Assembly (NCBI GenBank): GCA_963664875.1
Contig: OY761611.1
Coordinates: 3,232,001 to 3,296,000 of the forward strand
Direction of reading: 5' to 3'
DNA length: 64,000 nucleotides
Source: Candidatus Kapaibacterium sp.
Lineage (GTDB): Bacteria > Bacteroidota > Ignavibacteria > Kapaibacteriales > UBA2268
Below, one piece after another: positions 39,569 to 49,399 of this stretch; positions within the stretch are counted from its first letter, which is position 1; each line of letters begins with the position of its first letter. The position numbers and the translations under genes are program-made. Below the pieces are notes generated by a model. The model was not told the DNA's origin and searched no databases. It saw only the letters and a program-made list of their open reading frames with translations.

Positions 39569-40303
39569 ATGAACCAATATATTGTTTATACTGACGGCAG
39601 CAGTCTTGGCAATCCGGGCCCCGGAGGCTACGGAGTTGTAATTAAAAAAGGGGGAGACCGAAAAGAGCTCTCTGATGGTTACAGAAAAACGACAAATAAC
39701 AGAATGGAAATGCTTGCCGCAGCCGTTGCATTGGAGTCTATTCCCGAAGGCAGTGAAGTGGTTTTACACTCAGATTCTAAATTACTTATAGATGCTTTCA
39801 ATCAATATTGGATAAAAAGCTGGCAGGCAAAAGGCTGGAGAAAAGCCGACAAATCTGCTGTGCTAAATGTAGATCTTTGGAAAAGAATCTTATCAGCAAT
39901 GGCAGGAAAAAAGGTCAAATACGTTTGGGTAAAAGGGCATGACGGCATACCTGAAAATGAAAGGTGTGATATATTAGGCAGAGATGCGGCTTCAGCAAAT
40001 CCTCAAAAGATAGACTTAGAGTACGAAAAGCAAAATGATACATCTTCTTTGTTTCGGGATAATACTGTGGAAAGTAGTCCTGCTGCGGAAGAAAATACAA
40101 TGCCAACTCAGGATACTCGCATAGTTGAAACAAATTATGCTTTTGAGGGAGAGGATAGGGAGTATGTTTTTGCTGCAAAAGAAGTTGAAGGAATAGGCAC
40201 ATTTATTGAAGTAAAAATCAGAAAATCTGGTAAAGAAAAAGTATTTTATATTGGTAAAGGTGACTTGCAGGGAGTTATCGATATTTTATCAAAATTTTTA
40301 TAA
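39569..40303 (+). CDS. rnhA: Ribonuclease HI with C-terminal extension
   Basis: VYTDGSSLGNPGPGGYG, TTNNRME, SDS, WVKGH...NERCD catalytic motifs, plus about 95 extra C-terminal residues. Confidence 0.92.
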   Translation: MNQYIVYTDGSSLGNPGPGGYGVVIKKGGDRKELSDGYRKTTNNRMEMLAAAVALESIPEGSEVVLHSDSKLLIDAFNQYWIKSWQAKGWRKADKSAVLNVDLWKRILSAMAGKKVKYVWVKGHDGIPENERCDILGRDAASANPQKIDLEYEKQNDTSSLFRDNTVESSPAAEENTMPTQDTRIVETNYAFEGEDREYVFAAKEVEGIGTFIEVKIRKSGKEKVFYIGKGDLQGVIDILSKFL

Positions 40304-40315
40304 AAGAGCGTAATC

Positions 40316-41197
40316 ATGGATCGCAGAAGCTTTTTAAGACTTGCAGCATTTGCGGTAGCTTTTTCAGGCACCGGGCTAAAAGCTGCCATGCAAGCTACCG
40401 ACTACTCTAAATTTAGCGAATCTGATGCTATCAAGTTCGACTCAATAGTTAAAAAATATTCGACTCCGAAGTATCGCAAGATGAAAATCGGAGATTTGAT
40501 TGCAGCAATAGCACAGGAGTTTTTAGGAACCCAGTATGTTGGAGGCACTTTGGAAGTCGCACAGAGCGAATCCTGTGTGCTCAATCTCAATGGATTGGAT
40601 TGTGTTACATTTTATGAGAATGCTCTTGCTTTTGCCAGAATAATCAAGCAGAACAAGAAAACTGAAGCAGATTTCAGAAATGAATTAATACGCCTTAGAT
40701 ATAGAGCCGGAATCATAGAAGATTATGTTTCACGTTTGCATTATACATCTGATTGGATAAATGACAATGTATTGAAAGGTGTGGTGCAAGACATTACTCC
40801 AAATTTTAAGCCATTAAAATCTGTGAACGAAGTTGGATTTATGAGTGCTAACCCTAAGTACTACAAACAACTCAGCAATAACGAGGATTTCGTAGCCCGC
40901 ATCGAAGAAATTGAACGCAATTTGAACATGGTAAGGAAAGTATTTGTGCCTCAAAATAGTGTTCCTGAAATAGAAAAAGAGCTCAAATCAGGGGATATAA
41001 TTGCAATAGCTACTTCTGTGAAAGGATTGGATTATTCGCACACAGGCATCATAGTTAGAGTAAAAAAAGAAGCAAGGTTTATGCACGCTTCTACCAAAGA
41101 AAAAAAAGTTATCCTCGATAACAAAATCTCTGATTATCTAAAAGCAAATAATAAAGCGATAGGGATAACTATAGCCAGACCACTTGAGATAAAATAG
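40316..41197 (+). CDS. DUF1460 N-acetylmuramoyl-L-alanine amidase-like (NlpC/P60 permuted) protein with Tat signal
   Basis: MDRRSFL twin-Arg signal; FLGTQY..GTLE, LDCVTFYE, RLHYTSDW, GLDYSHTG, HAS. Confidence 0.85.
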   Translation: MDRRSFLRLAAFAVAFSGTGLKAAMQATDYSKFSESDAIKFDSIVKKYSTPKYRKMKIGDLIAAIAQEFLGTQYVGGTLEVAQSESCVLNLNGLDCVTFYENALAFARIIKQNKKTEADFRNELIRLRYRAGIIEDYVSRLHYTSDWINDNVLKGVVQDITPNFKPLKSVNEVGFMSANPKYYKQLSNNEDFVARIEEIERNLNMVRKVFVPQNSVPEIEKELKSGDIIAIATSVKGLDYSHTGIIVRVKKEARFMHASTKEKKVILDNKISDYLKANNKAIGITIARPLEIK

Positions 41198-41220
41198 AAG
41201 TTTGATATTGGTAATATTTA

Positions 41221-41259
41221 CAACAAAACCCGTGATATTTTCTTTCACGGGTTTTGTTG
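41221..41259. terminator. Bidirectional intrinsic terminator between convergent genes
   Basis: Perfect 15-bp inverted repeat CAACAAAACCCGTGA / TCACGGGTTTTGTTG. Confidence 0.85.
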
Positions 41260-41292
41260 CATGTAAGCAATAACTAATTCGAGATACTAAGC

Positions 41293-43623
41293 TTAGAAAT
41301 CATCTTCCCATGATTTAGAAGAAGTTTTGCTAAGAACTGAATAATTTGGATTGAAAATTACTTCTTTAGGCTCGGTTTCAAACGGACCAATTTCAAATTT
41401 GATTTTCTCGCCTTTTATCATCGCACGGGTGTAATAAACAGAATTGTCGTCGAATACTACTTTCACAGGTACCGGCATAAAGAAGTTTTCGCTCACATCT
41501 TCCTGCACTACCTGACAATAAACCACATAATGACCATTCTCGTTAACAACTGTTTTAGAAGCAAATTCGTAAGATGGAATCTCGTAGCCATCTACCCACT
41601 GCTCGAAGAACCAACTCAGCTGAGCTCCAAAATGTTTTTCTAAAATGGCACGAAAATCATTTACTGAGTATTTGGAGTGTTTGTAAGTGCTGTAAAATTC
41701 TCGTAACATTGATTCGAAAGCAACTTCTCTCTTATCTGCTGCTGCGTTATAATCGATAAACAAGTTCCTCAGCATGTGAAATACGAATAAACTCTTGATA
41801 TTCATAGCTCTCGAATCTGCTCTGAATCTGCTGCCGCCAATCGATCCGTGCGACAAGCAACCATAATCCTCAAAATCTTTTGAAACGTCATCTAAAGACA
41901 AAAAGTAGTTATGCAAATCTCTCCAATTTTTTTCTGAGATACTTTTGTCCTCCAAAAAGACTTCCATATAGACAGACAAAAGGAATTGACGCAAACCAAA
42001 AGACAACCAATAATCTCTGTTGCTTTTCGCTTCCATGCCATCAAACCACAGACTACTCATATAGTGGACAAATTGAATCATAGCAGATATACCCGGCTCT
42101 TCAAATATTTCGGTTGGAATAGCCAACTCTCTATTGCAAAGGAAGAAACCTGCAGAGGATGTATATTCAGTTGTGAAATCAAGGAAGTAATAACTGCTTC
42201 CGGTCAATCTTTTTTCTTTAGGAGTTTGTAAGATTTTCAAAGAGTTTTCCGGCAATTTGCCTAAAATGTAGCTAAAGTATTGATAAGCAATCTGATAGTT
42301 TAGTTTAATAGCATCGAGATTGGAGGTGCTGTTGTATTGAAATATTAGCTCTTTATGTCCTATTTCAGGTTTTATTTCTTTTGTTTTATAATTATTGAAA
42401 ATTACAGCAATACTCTCGAGAGAATCTGGGTACTCCCATTCTGTGATATTATATCCTTCGCTTGATTTTTCATCTTTCACTTTATTTCCAAAGGCATAAA
42501 CATCCTTGCCTTGGTTGGATTTGACTCTAAGAGAAAATTTCATGTGTTTATATTGGTCACCATCGACAGGATAAAGCGAAGATGCGAATAGCATATCTGA
42601 GATTTTAATTTTGCTTTTCATAACAAAAGTTAAAGTTAAAGTGTCGCCTGCAGGTACTACCTCAGGTAAGTTGACCCAAACTGAGTAATAATCAGTAGGT
42701 TTTTGGTGATAAAAGTTTACTGACCTGCCTTTGTTATCTTTGACAGATACGAGCTCACTTTGGGGATTTATAGCGAGTTTTAACCATTGTAGATTGTCAA
42801 GAGCTGCGATTTTGAGGGAAGAAGTAGAAGTATATTTTTTTTCAAAAGAGAACTCCAAATTGATATCTATTGCTTCGACTGAGAACTTCTGTTTTAGCTT
42901 TGAACGCTCCAACTCTGACAATAGGTAATCCTCAGCTCTGTCAAATGATAGAATAATTTCCATATCTCTTTCGCTATTGCCTGTGCTGATATTAGTTCTG
43001 TAGAAATTACACTCTTCAATATCTGCCGGGTTAAAAATCCAAACATACTGGTCTTGAATTCCGGTAAAAAACTCAGCTAAGAAAAATTCGGATTTACCTT
43101 TTTCCAATATGGCATAAGCAATTCCTGAATAAACATTTTCTATCTGAGGTTGTACAAAGCTTTTCCAAGTATCAGAGAATAACTCTTCAATCTGTTTTTT
43201 ATCAGAGAAACTCGTTTTTGGGAAATCAGTAGAAATTGTTTCAAAGAAATCATCATCAAAAATAAAGCTTGCTTTCGAAAAAGTTGTAGTATAGTAATCG
43301 TTTCCAAAATGTCTTCTGCAAAGCTGTTTTTCGGGTTCTATAGGTGGGCTCAATTCAAAAGAGCCGTGCCCTAAAAAGATGGCGACATGCCTACCCTCGC
43401 CAATATCCTGCATAAAATAGACAATACCGCTGTCAAGTATTGTGGTTGCGGCATCTTGGGAAATAAACACATCTCTTACTTTATAGATATGCTCAGAATC
43501 CGGTTTGAGACTGGCGAAACTGTCATAAAAATCCTTGTAATTTTTGAAGTCTTTTGCTTCAGTTGACATAGCAAAAACAAGAGAAAAAAGAAACGTCAAG
43601 AGAAAGAAATTTTTCATGGTCAT
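41293..43623 (-). CDS. M1 aminopeptidase-fold secreted protein lacking Zn ligands
   Basis: M1-like layout (KSLFVFHMLR, FESMLREF, LSWFFEQWV.G..IP), but HExxH reads HYMSS and WLSEG reads WLSFG. Start probably ATG 43623 or 43617. Confidence 0.7.
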   Translation of the reverse strand: MTMKNFFLLTFLFSLVFAMSTEAKDFKNYKDFYDSFASLKPDSEHIYKVRDVFISQDAATTILDSGIVYFMQDIGEGRHVAIFLGHGSFELSPPIEPEKQLCRRHFGNDYYTTTFSKASFIFDDDFFETISTDFPKTSFSDKKQIEELFSDTWKSFVQPQIENVYSGIAYAILEKGKSEFFLAEFFTGIQDQYVWIFNPADIEECNFYRTNISTGNSERDMEIILSFDRAEDYLLSELERSKLKQKFSVEAIDINLEFSFEKKYTSTSSLKIAALDNLQWLKLAINPQSELVSVKDNKGRSVNFYHQKPTDYYSVWVNLPEVVPAGDTLTLTFVMKSKIKISDMLFASSLYPVDGDQYKHMKFSLRVKSNQGKDVYAFGNKVKDEKSSEGYNITEWEYPDSLESIAVIFNNYKTKEIKPEIGHKELIFQYNSTSNLDAIKLNYQIAYQYFSYILGKLPENSLKILQTPKEKRLTGSSYYFLDFTTEYTSSAGFFLCNRELAIPTEIFEEPGISAMIQFVHYMSSLWFDGMEAKSNRDYWLSFGLRQFLLSVYMEVFLEDKSISEKNWRDLHNYFLSLDDVSKDFEDYGCLSHGSIGGSRFRADSRAMNIKSLFVFHMLRNLFIDYNAAADKREVAFESMLREFYSTYKHSKYSVNDFRAILEKHFGAQLSWFFEQWVDGYEIPSYEFASKTVVNENGHYVVYCQVVQEDVSENFFMPVPVKVVFDDNSVYYTRAMIKGEKIKFEIGPFETEPKEVIFNPNYSVLSKTSSKSWEDDF

Positions 43624-43735
43624 AATACTAACATTAAAATAAGACATAAATTTTAAAGACAAATATAATAAGAGTATTATTCATAATTACAAAAATTCTC
43701 ACCCCTCTCTTTCTAATCCCAACACACCCTGGCAC

Positions 43736-43779
43736 AAAAAAAAAGCCGGCACTTTATTTTTGAGGTAAAGTGCCGGCTT
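43736..43779 (-). terminator. Intrinsic terminator of the 1853-aa gene
   Basis: 14-bp perfect stem AAGCCGGCACTTTA / TAAAGTGCCGGCTT with a T9 run on the minus strand. Confidence 0.85.
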
Positions 43780-43826
43780 CGGTGAGTTAGCGTTTGCTTC
43801 GTTTGGCAAATGCGGTGTTTTTTGGA

Positions 43827-46800
43827 TTATTTCACTACATTTACTTTACGTGTGATTACGTAGCCGTCTAATTCGATTACCAATGTGTAGCTGCCGCTTG
43901 TCAAGTTTGATGCGTCGATTGTTACTTCGCTGCCGTCAAAGTTGCCGTTTGCGTATTCTACTACTTTGCGTCCGCTCATGTCGCTTAAGTAAATGTTTGC
44001 TGTGCTTGCGCCGCTTACTTTTACTTTAGACTGTGCACTTACAGGATTTGGTGTTACTTCGCCTACCATCAAGTTGTTTGGTGCGCTTAGTTCCACTTCT
44101 TCGATTTCGCTGTATTCGAATTTTCCGCTGCGTTCTATCATTTTTAGTCTGTATGCATATTTTTTGCCTAATTCTACGCCGTAATCTGCTGTGTTGTAGT
44201 TGCGTACTGAGTGGCTTGTGCCGCTTGCGCTTACTTCTGATACTTTGCTGAATAGGTCTGCATAGCCGTCTGTGATTTCTGTTCTTTCTACTTCGAAGCG
44301 GTCACTTTCGATTTCTGATAAAGTTGACCAGTTCAAATCTACTCGGTTGCCTACTGCTTTTGCATCAAATGTTGCCAATTCGATTGGAATTATGATGCCG
44401 CCGTTTGCTTCTGCGAAGTCAAATACGCTTCTTAGCATTTTTTCGATGTCTGCTATGTGGCGCCAGTCTGCTCCTAAGTAGCATATATTTGTTCCGATTG
44501 TTGTTGTGGCTACACCCATGATTTTTTCTTCCGGTAACAATGTGCTTGTGCCGTTTAGTTCATTTGTGTAGTAGTATGCCAACTTAACTCTACCTTCGCC
44601 GCCGTCCCACATGTCAACTAATGCTGGGTTTGGTGCTGCGTCGCCTACGAAGTTTGTTGGTGCTATTATGTTTGTTAGGTTTCTGCCTACGCTGCTGCCG
44701 GTTACTTCTGTGTAGTCGATTACTTCAGGATTTGCTTTTACGCGGTCTGTAGCTCTGAATAAATCGCGTGCTACTACGCCGTTGTTTCTGATCATTTCCT
44801 GTGATGCTAAGATCAGGTTCTTCTTATCGATTGAAGTTCCGTTTGCAAAGTAGTTTTCTATGTCTAATTCTTCGTAACGTGATAATTTTACATCTGCATC
44901 GCCCATCACATCGTGTGCGTCTGACCATACTACTGTGCGGTAGTGACCATAATCTATGGCTCTTGCTTCCCAGTTGTTTCTGTCTAATACGTCATAGTCG
45001 ATTGTGTCGTTGGCGATTGTTGTTGCTGTCGGATTGATTGCTACTTTCCAGCCTACAAAGCTCAAACCGTTTACTACGCGGTCGTGGTTCAATTTACCTG
45101 CGATTTCTGTTAGGCTTGGTGTGTTGCTCAAGTCTGCATTTACATATTGGCTGCTTACCAACATGTTCATCCATGAGCGGCGAATGAAGAATCTTACGAT
45201 TTTTGATGCTTCGTTGTTTGTGTTGTCTTCATCGCTTTCTGTTACTATCATTATTTTGTAGCGTGGTGTTACGTTTGCTGTCATTTCTGAATATACTTCA
45301 GGTACTGATGCTGCATAGCTTGGGTTCAAACGCAAGTCTGCATACGTTTCTGGTACAAATTCCAAGCCTTTGCCATCGGCAAGGTTGAAGTTTACATCAA
45401 CGTATTCGTAGGTTGTTGCATCTACTTTTACTGTTTGTTCGTAGTCCGGTGCTGCACCGAATGTACCGTTTGGCAATTCACGATAGATTTTTACTGTTAC
45501 TTCTGAGCCTGTTTGGAATAAGCTACCGTTGTTTCTCAAACGTGCACTTACTTCTACAGGGGCTTCTGTCATGATGTGTTCTGCATCTGCAAAGATACCT
45601 TCTGTTGCGCGGTATGATGCAGGTGCTGTGATTGTAGTTGATTCCATATCGCTTACATATACGCGTCCGTTAAATTCTAACGCACCGATGTCGTATCTCT
45701 GACCTGCTTCGCCGCGTACTTTGCCTGTGATGTCGCTTGTTGTTACATCTAGGATATCGCCGCGGTTATTTAGTACTGAGTTCAATGGCATTGGGTTTGA
45801 TTTAACGCGTAAGTTCTGTGGATTTGTTCCTACAAATGCGTAATCTGTCATAAATTTTGAATATACTGAGTATTTGTCTGCTCCTGCCCATGCTTGCCAT
45901 TGTGCCAATGTTTTGTATTCATTGATTGCTGCATCTGACAATTTGTTGCCGGCTGCATCTGTTTCGATCCAACGGTAAACTGATGATGCTGAGTTTTCTG
46001 TCCAATATACGTTGCGGTCAGAAATTACGCCTGCCTCTTCCATTGAAGGTCCTTGGTAGAACACGCATGCTGATACAGGGCAAGTTGCTGCATAGTCGTT
46101 ATCCATTGCTGCGATTGCGTTGTTTTTGAGTACTGTACCCATTACGTTTTGAAGACCTACGCCCATTACTGCACGTGTGTTCATTACGCCGTCATCGCCG
46201 TTTACTATGATTGTATTGTTTACGATTGCGTCATTTCTTGAGAAGTAATCTGACTGCAATGGTGAGTCAAAACTGTTGCGTTGTGTGAATACGTAAATAC
46301 CTGCTCTTGCTGTATTTGCGTCGTTTGGCAACAATTCCCATACGATGTTACCTGCGATTACCATTGATTCAGGATTTACCGGGAATGTTGTCAGCAAGCT
46401 ACCTTCGATTAGCTGTTGTGGTGATTGCTCTACGCGAATACCACTTACCATGCCTGTACCGCTGATGCTGCTGATTTCGTTGTTCAATATGTTTACCATA
46501 CGGTTGTTGTAGCCGAAATAGCCACGTGCTGACTGACCGCCTGCCATGATACCTGCTGCGTCAAGACCTGTGCAACCGCCTTCGATGTCATATATTCTGT
46601 TACCGCTGATTTCTGTATGTTTTTCATGACCTACAAAAACGCCTGCGCGGCCTACATTATGAATTACGTTGTTGCTGATTACGTTGTTTTCGTTGAAATG
46701 CTCTACGTTATGGCCTAAACCTTGTACGAGCAACTGACCGATACCCATAGAAGCAACACCATAAGCGAATCCGCTGATTTCGTTGTTCATGATTACGTTG

Positions 46801-49388
46801 TTTGCATTTACAAGGGTATCAAGACCGTCTGTGTTTGCATTGAATTTTTCGTTAATCGGTGCTTTACTGCGCATCACGATACCGGCTGTGTAAGCCAATG
46901 TATTTGAGCGTTTGTCTGCTTCGTATTTGAAGCCGCCCTGTGCTGCTGAATATACTGTCAATGGCAATGAGCATTTAAAGCTGCCTGCATCTGTACCTTC
47001 GATTATACAATTTTTGATTGTATTGTTTGATGCACCGTTACCCAAATAGAACACTGCTTTGAATGGTTCGTCTGTGTCTAATGTGAATTTTATTGATTTC
47101 TGGCTGCCACCATCAAATGTGATGTAACCGTCAGAGTTAGAATAATTTCTTTTTGTGCTTGCAGACATCATGTAAACAGCTGCATTTGGTTGTGCAGGTT
47201 CGACGTTTTGTGCGATATATACACCGATACCGTTACCGCTGTGCAAGTTGATATTGATAGACCCTTTGTTTACTGCTTTACTTTGTGCAGGTTTGAAAGT
47301 GATTGTGTTTTCTTCGCTGACACCGATAATTTTAGAAGAAATATCTAAAGCAGGAAGAGTTGGATTTGCTTTTGAGCCTATGTTATAAGTAGGATCAGTA
47401 AGTTCAAATACAACAGGACCGCTAACACCTTTAAGATATACATCATTAAGAGCTGCTTCTACAGTGGCATAGTTACGAGTACCGGAAACTGTGTTGCCGA
47501 TAGTATAAGTGCCTGACATTGCAGCAATTGCAGTGAAATAAGATGTTATTGAGTTGTTTGTCAAATCTTTGTCACCAGGGTGAGTACAAAGAACTGTTAC
47601 TTTATACTGACCTGGTTCATTCAAAATGAGTGGATCAGGGAAAGGCACTGAAGTAGTGTTATAAGTACCATATTGCAACTCAGGAACTAATGTATTGCTT
47701 TGGTAAACAATATTTGTGCTTGGAGTAGGACCTGTGATTACCATGGATGCACCAACGTTTGTCAAATCGAGTACACCGTTGTTGATAAAACGTGCTCTTG
47801 GTTGTGTAGGTCTGCCTACATAAACGCCACTTGTCGGTGCTTCGATTGCCAAAGCTGCCGGTTCGTTGTTGTATGCTACTTCAAAAATCAAGTCACTTTG
47901 ATAAGCATTAGGAACTATATTATTGATAGGTTCATCGTCAATAACTGTTTTCTGAGAAACTGAGTATTCGACTCTATATTCGCCAATCTGAACAAGAGGT
48001 TGTTTTGTTCTGAATGGAGAGAAATCAACACTATAGTATTCGCCTGTGCTCATTGGATTAGTAGTATTAGACCAGCTAAATTCATCTTCATAAACCAATG
48101 TGCCGGTGTCGTGTCTGTAAACTTTAACAAATGCGTCAAAAGAATATACATCATTCAAGCCAATATTGGTAACTCTGATGTCCAAAGGAACAACGTTGTC
48201 TATCAAATATTTGATTCTTGTTTTTGGTTTCGGATTGCCAACAGTAGTGATTGACAAATCGTTTTCCAAAGCGATGATAAATTTTTTCTGTATTGTTTCT
48301 TCGTAGTCTTCTGCAGGAACAATCAATTTTGCTATAGCGATATATTCGCCACCGGGGATAGTTGCTGCATTTGTTTCTAGGTCAAACTGACCTGTGTTAT
48401 TGGCATCGTCAGGGCTTGCAGGATTCATTTTAGCTGCAATACCTGTTGCATGAGTGAACGTGTAAACAAAACCTTTTCCTTCAGGTTGTGGAGCAGGATT
48501 GATTGTTGTTGTAGTAACGTCGCCTTCTTTAGTGGCTGTATAAATCGGAACTTGTGTTTTCAAGTCAATTATTTTGTATTCCAAACGGATATCAGGTTGT
48601 CCAGCCTCTCTATCTAGAGTGATAGTTGGAGCAGGGAAGACAGAACCGCGTGGGAAAATCTGGCCTTCTAATGGAGTAATGTTAGTAAGAGTAGGTAAAG
48701 GTTTTTTAGTAGAGTAAGTTTTACCACTTGGTAAAAACGGAGCAACTGCAGTTGTTAAAAAGCGTGCAGGATTTGCATTTACATTGCTGTAATAAAATGT
48801 AGATGGGCTACCCGGTTCTATATTGATATAGTTTGCAGTAGAAGCACCTGTCATAAATGCTATTGAATTACCACCTAAAGCTACATCATTCATCCCACTA
48901 CCATAAACAAAAGATACTACTCCATCTTCGCTTATTTTAACTTGGAAATTCATTTGGACACCATTTTGACCAAAATATGCTGTATTTTTCCATTGTACAG
49001 TCAAAACACGACTTGGAGCTGTGCCTTCAACCGTCCAACTTAAATTACCGCCATTTTGATCAGTACGTAAATCTTCTGCACATGGAGTAACTACTAATGC
49101 AGATGTTGTAGGAGTTATCGATAAACTACCAAGAGTAGTATTGTTGAAAGCTAACCAGCCGTTTGATGATGGTCTTAATGTGGTTACTAATACATCATCA
49201 AAATAGATAGGAAATGGAGCGTCAAAGTTATATTGAACATCGTCGCCTGAGCCGAGTACTGTACCGCTTATTGGTACATAAGATTGAGTGCTTTCGCTAA
49301 TCGTCTGAGTCAATAATGGATCAGCTTTAGCACTAACAATTAGAATTACTGCAGCAATAAGTACTGCAAAAAGGTTTTTAAGACGCAT
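43827..49388 (-). CDS. 1853-aa T9SS-secreted surface protein (Ig/CARDB-like domains, right-handed beta-helix, type-A CTD)
   Basis: Signal peptide, MSGTYTIG..NYAT..GVSGPVVF beta-helix entry, DIGALEF, PIELATFDA..LNWST.SE, CTD TPNPV..DMSGRKV..LTSGSY..RKVNVVK. Confidence 0.88.
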   Translation of the reverse strand: MRLKNLFAVLIAAVILIVSAKADPLLTQTISESTQSYVPISGTVLGSGDDVQYNFDAPFPIYFDDVLVTTLRPSSNGWLAFNNTTLGSLSITPTTSALVVTPCAEDLRTDQNGGNLSWTVEGTAPSRVLTVQWKNTAYFGQNGVQMNFQVKISEDGVVSFVYGSGMNDVALGGNSIAFMTGASTANYINIEPGSPSTFYYSNVNANPARFLTTAVAPFLPSGKTYSTKKPLPTLTNITPLEGQIFPRGSVFPAPTITLDREAGQPDIRLEYKIIDLKTQVPIYTATKEGDVTTTTINPAPQPEGKGFVYTFTHATGIAAKMNPASPDDANNTGQFDLETNAATIPGGEYIAIAKLIVPAEDYEETIQKKFIIALENDLSITTVGNPKPKTRIKYLIDNVVPLDIRVTNIGLNDVYSFDAFVKVYRHDTGTLVYEDEFSWSNTTNPMSTGEYYSVDFSPFRTKQPLVQIGEYRVEYSVSQKTVIDDEPINNIVPNAYQSDLIFEVAYNNEPAALAIEAPTSGVYVGRPTQPRARFINNGVLDLTNVGASMVITGPTPSTNIVYQSNTLVPELQYGTYNTTSVPFPDPLILNEPGQYKVTVLCTHPGDKDLTNNSITSYFTAIAAMSGTYTIGNTVSGTRNYATVEAALNDVYLKGVSGPVVFELTDPTYNIGSKANPTLPALDISSKIIGVSEENTITFKPAQSKAVNKGSININLHSGNGIGVYIAQNVEPAQPNAAVYMMSASTKRNYSNSDGYITFDGGSQKSIKFTLDTDEPFKAVFYLGNGASNNTIKNCIIEGTDAGSFKCSLPLTVYSAAQGGFKYEADKRSNTLAYTAGIVMRSKAPINEKFNANTDGLDTLVNANNVIMNNEISGFAYGVASMGIGQLLVQGLGHNVEHFNENNVISNNVIHNVGRAGVFVGHEKHTEISGNRIYDIEGGCTGLDAAGIMAGGQSARGYFGYNNRMVNILNNEISSISGTGMVSGIRVEQSPQQLIEGSLLTTFPVNPESMVIAGNIVWELLPNDANTARAGIYVFTQRNSFDSPLQSDYFSRNDAIVNNTIIVNGDDGVMNTRAVMGVGLQNVMGTVLKNNAIAAMDNDYAATCPVSACVFYQGPSMEEAGVISDRNVYWTENSASSVYRWIETDAAGNKLSDAAINEYKTLAQWQAWAGADKYSVYSKFMTDYAFVGTNPQNLRVKSNPMPLNSVLNNRGDILDVTTSDITGKVRGEAGQRYDIGALEFNGRVYVSDMESTTITAPASYRATEGIFADAEHIMTEAPVEVSARLRNNGSLFQTGSEVTVKIYRELPNGTFGAAPDYEQTVKVDATTYEYVDVNFNLADGKGLEFVPETYADLRLNPSYAASVPEVYSEMTANVTPRYKIMIVTESDEDNTNNEASKIVRFFIRRSWMNMLVSSQYVNADLSNTPSLTEIAGKLNHDRVVNGLSFVGWKVAINPTATTIANDTIDYDVLDRNNWEARAIDYGHYRTVVWSDAHDVMGDADVKLSRYEELDIENYFANGTSIDKKNLILASQEMIRNNGVVARDLFRATDRVKANPEVIDYTEVTGSSVGRNLTNIIAPTNFVGDAAPNPALVDMWDGGEGRVKLAYYYTNELNGTSTLLPEEKIMGVATTTIGTNICYLGADWRHIADIEKMLRSVFDFAEANGGIIIPIELATFDAKAVGNRVDLNWSTLSEIESDRFEVERTEITDGYADLFSKVSEVSASGTSHSVRNYNTADYGVELGKKYAYRLKMIERSGKFEYSEIEEVELSAPNNLMVGEVTPNPVSAQSKVKVSGASTANIYLSDMSGRKVVEYANGNFDGSEVTIDASNLTSGSYTLVIELDGYVITRKVNVVK

Positions 49389-49393
49389 GTCTT

Positions 49394-49399
49394 CCTCCT
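49394..49399 (-). promoter_or_regulatory. Canonical Shine-Dalgarno AGGAGG
   Basis: Minus strand reads AAAAGGAGGAAGAC-ATG at the start of the 1853-aa gene. Confidence 0.7.

Noticed and set aside
43993-48254. Numerous plus-strand ORFs antisense to the 1853-aa gene
   Set aside because: Explained by A-depletion on the plus strand, which removes stop codons; the translations have no protein-like motifs.
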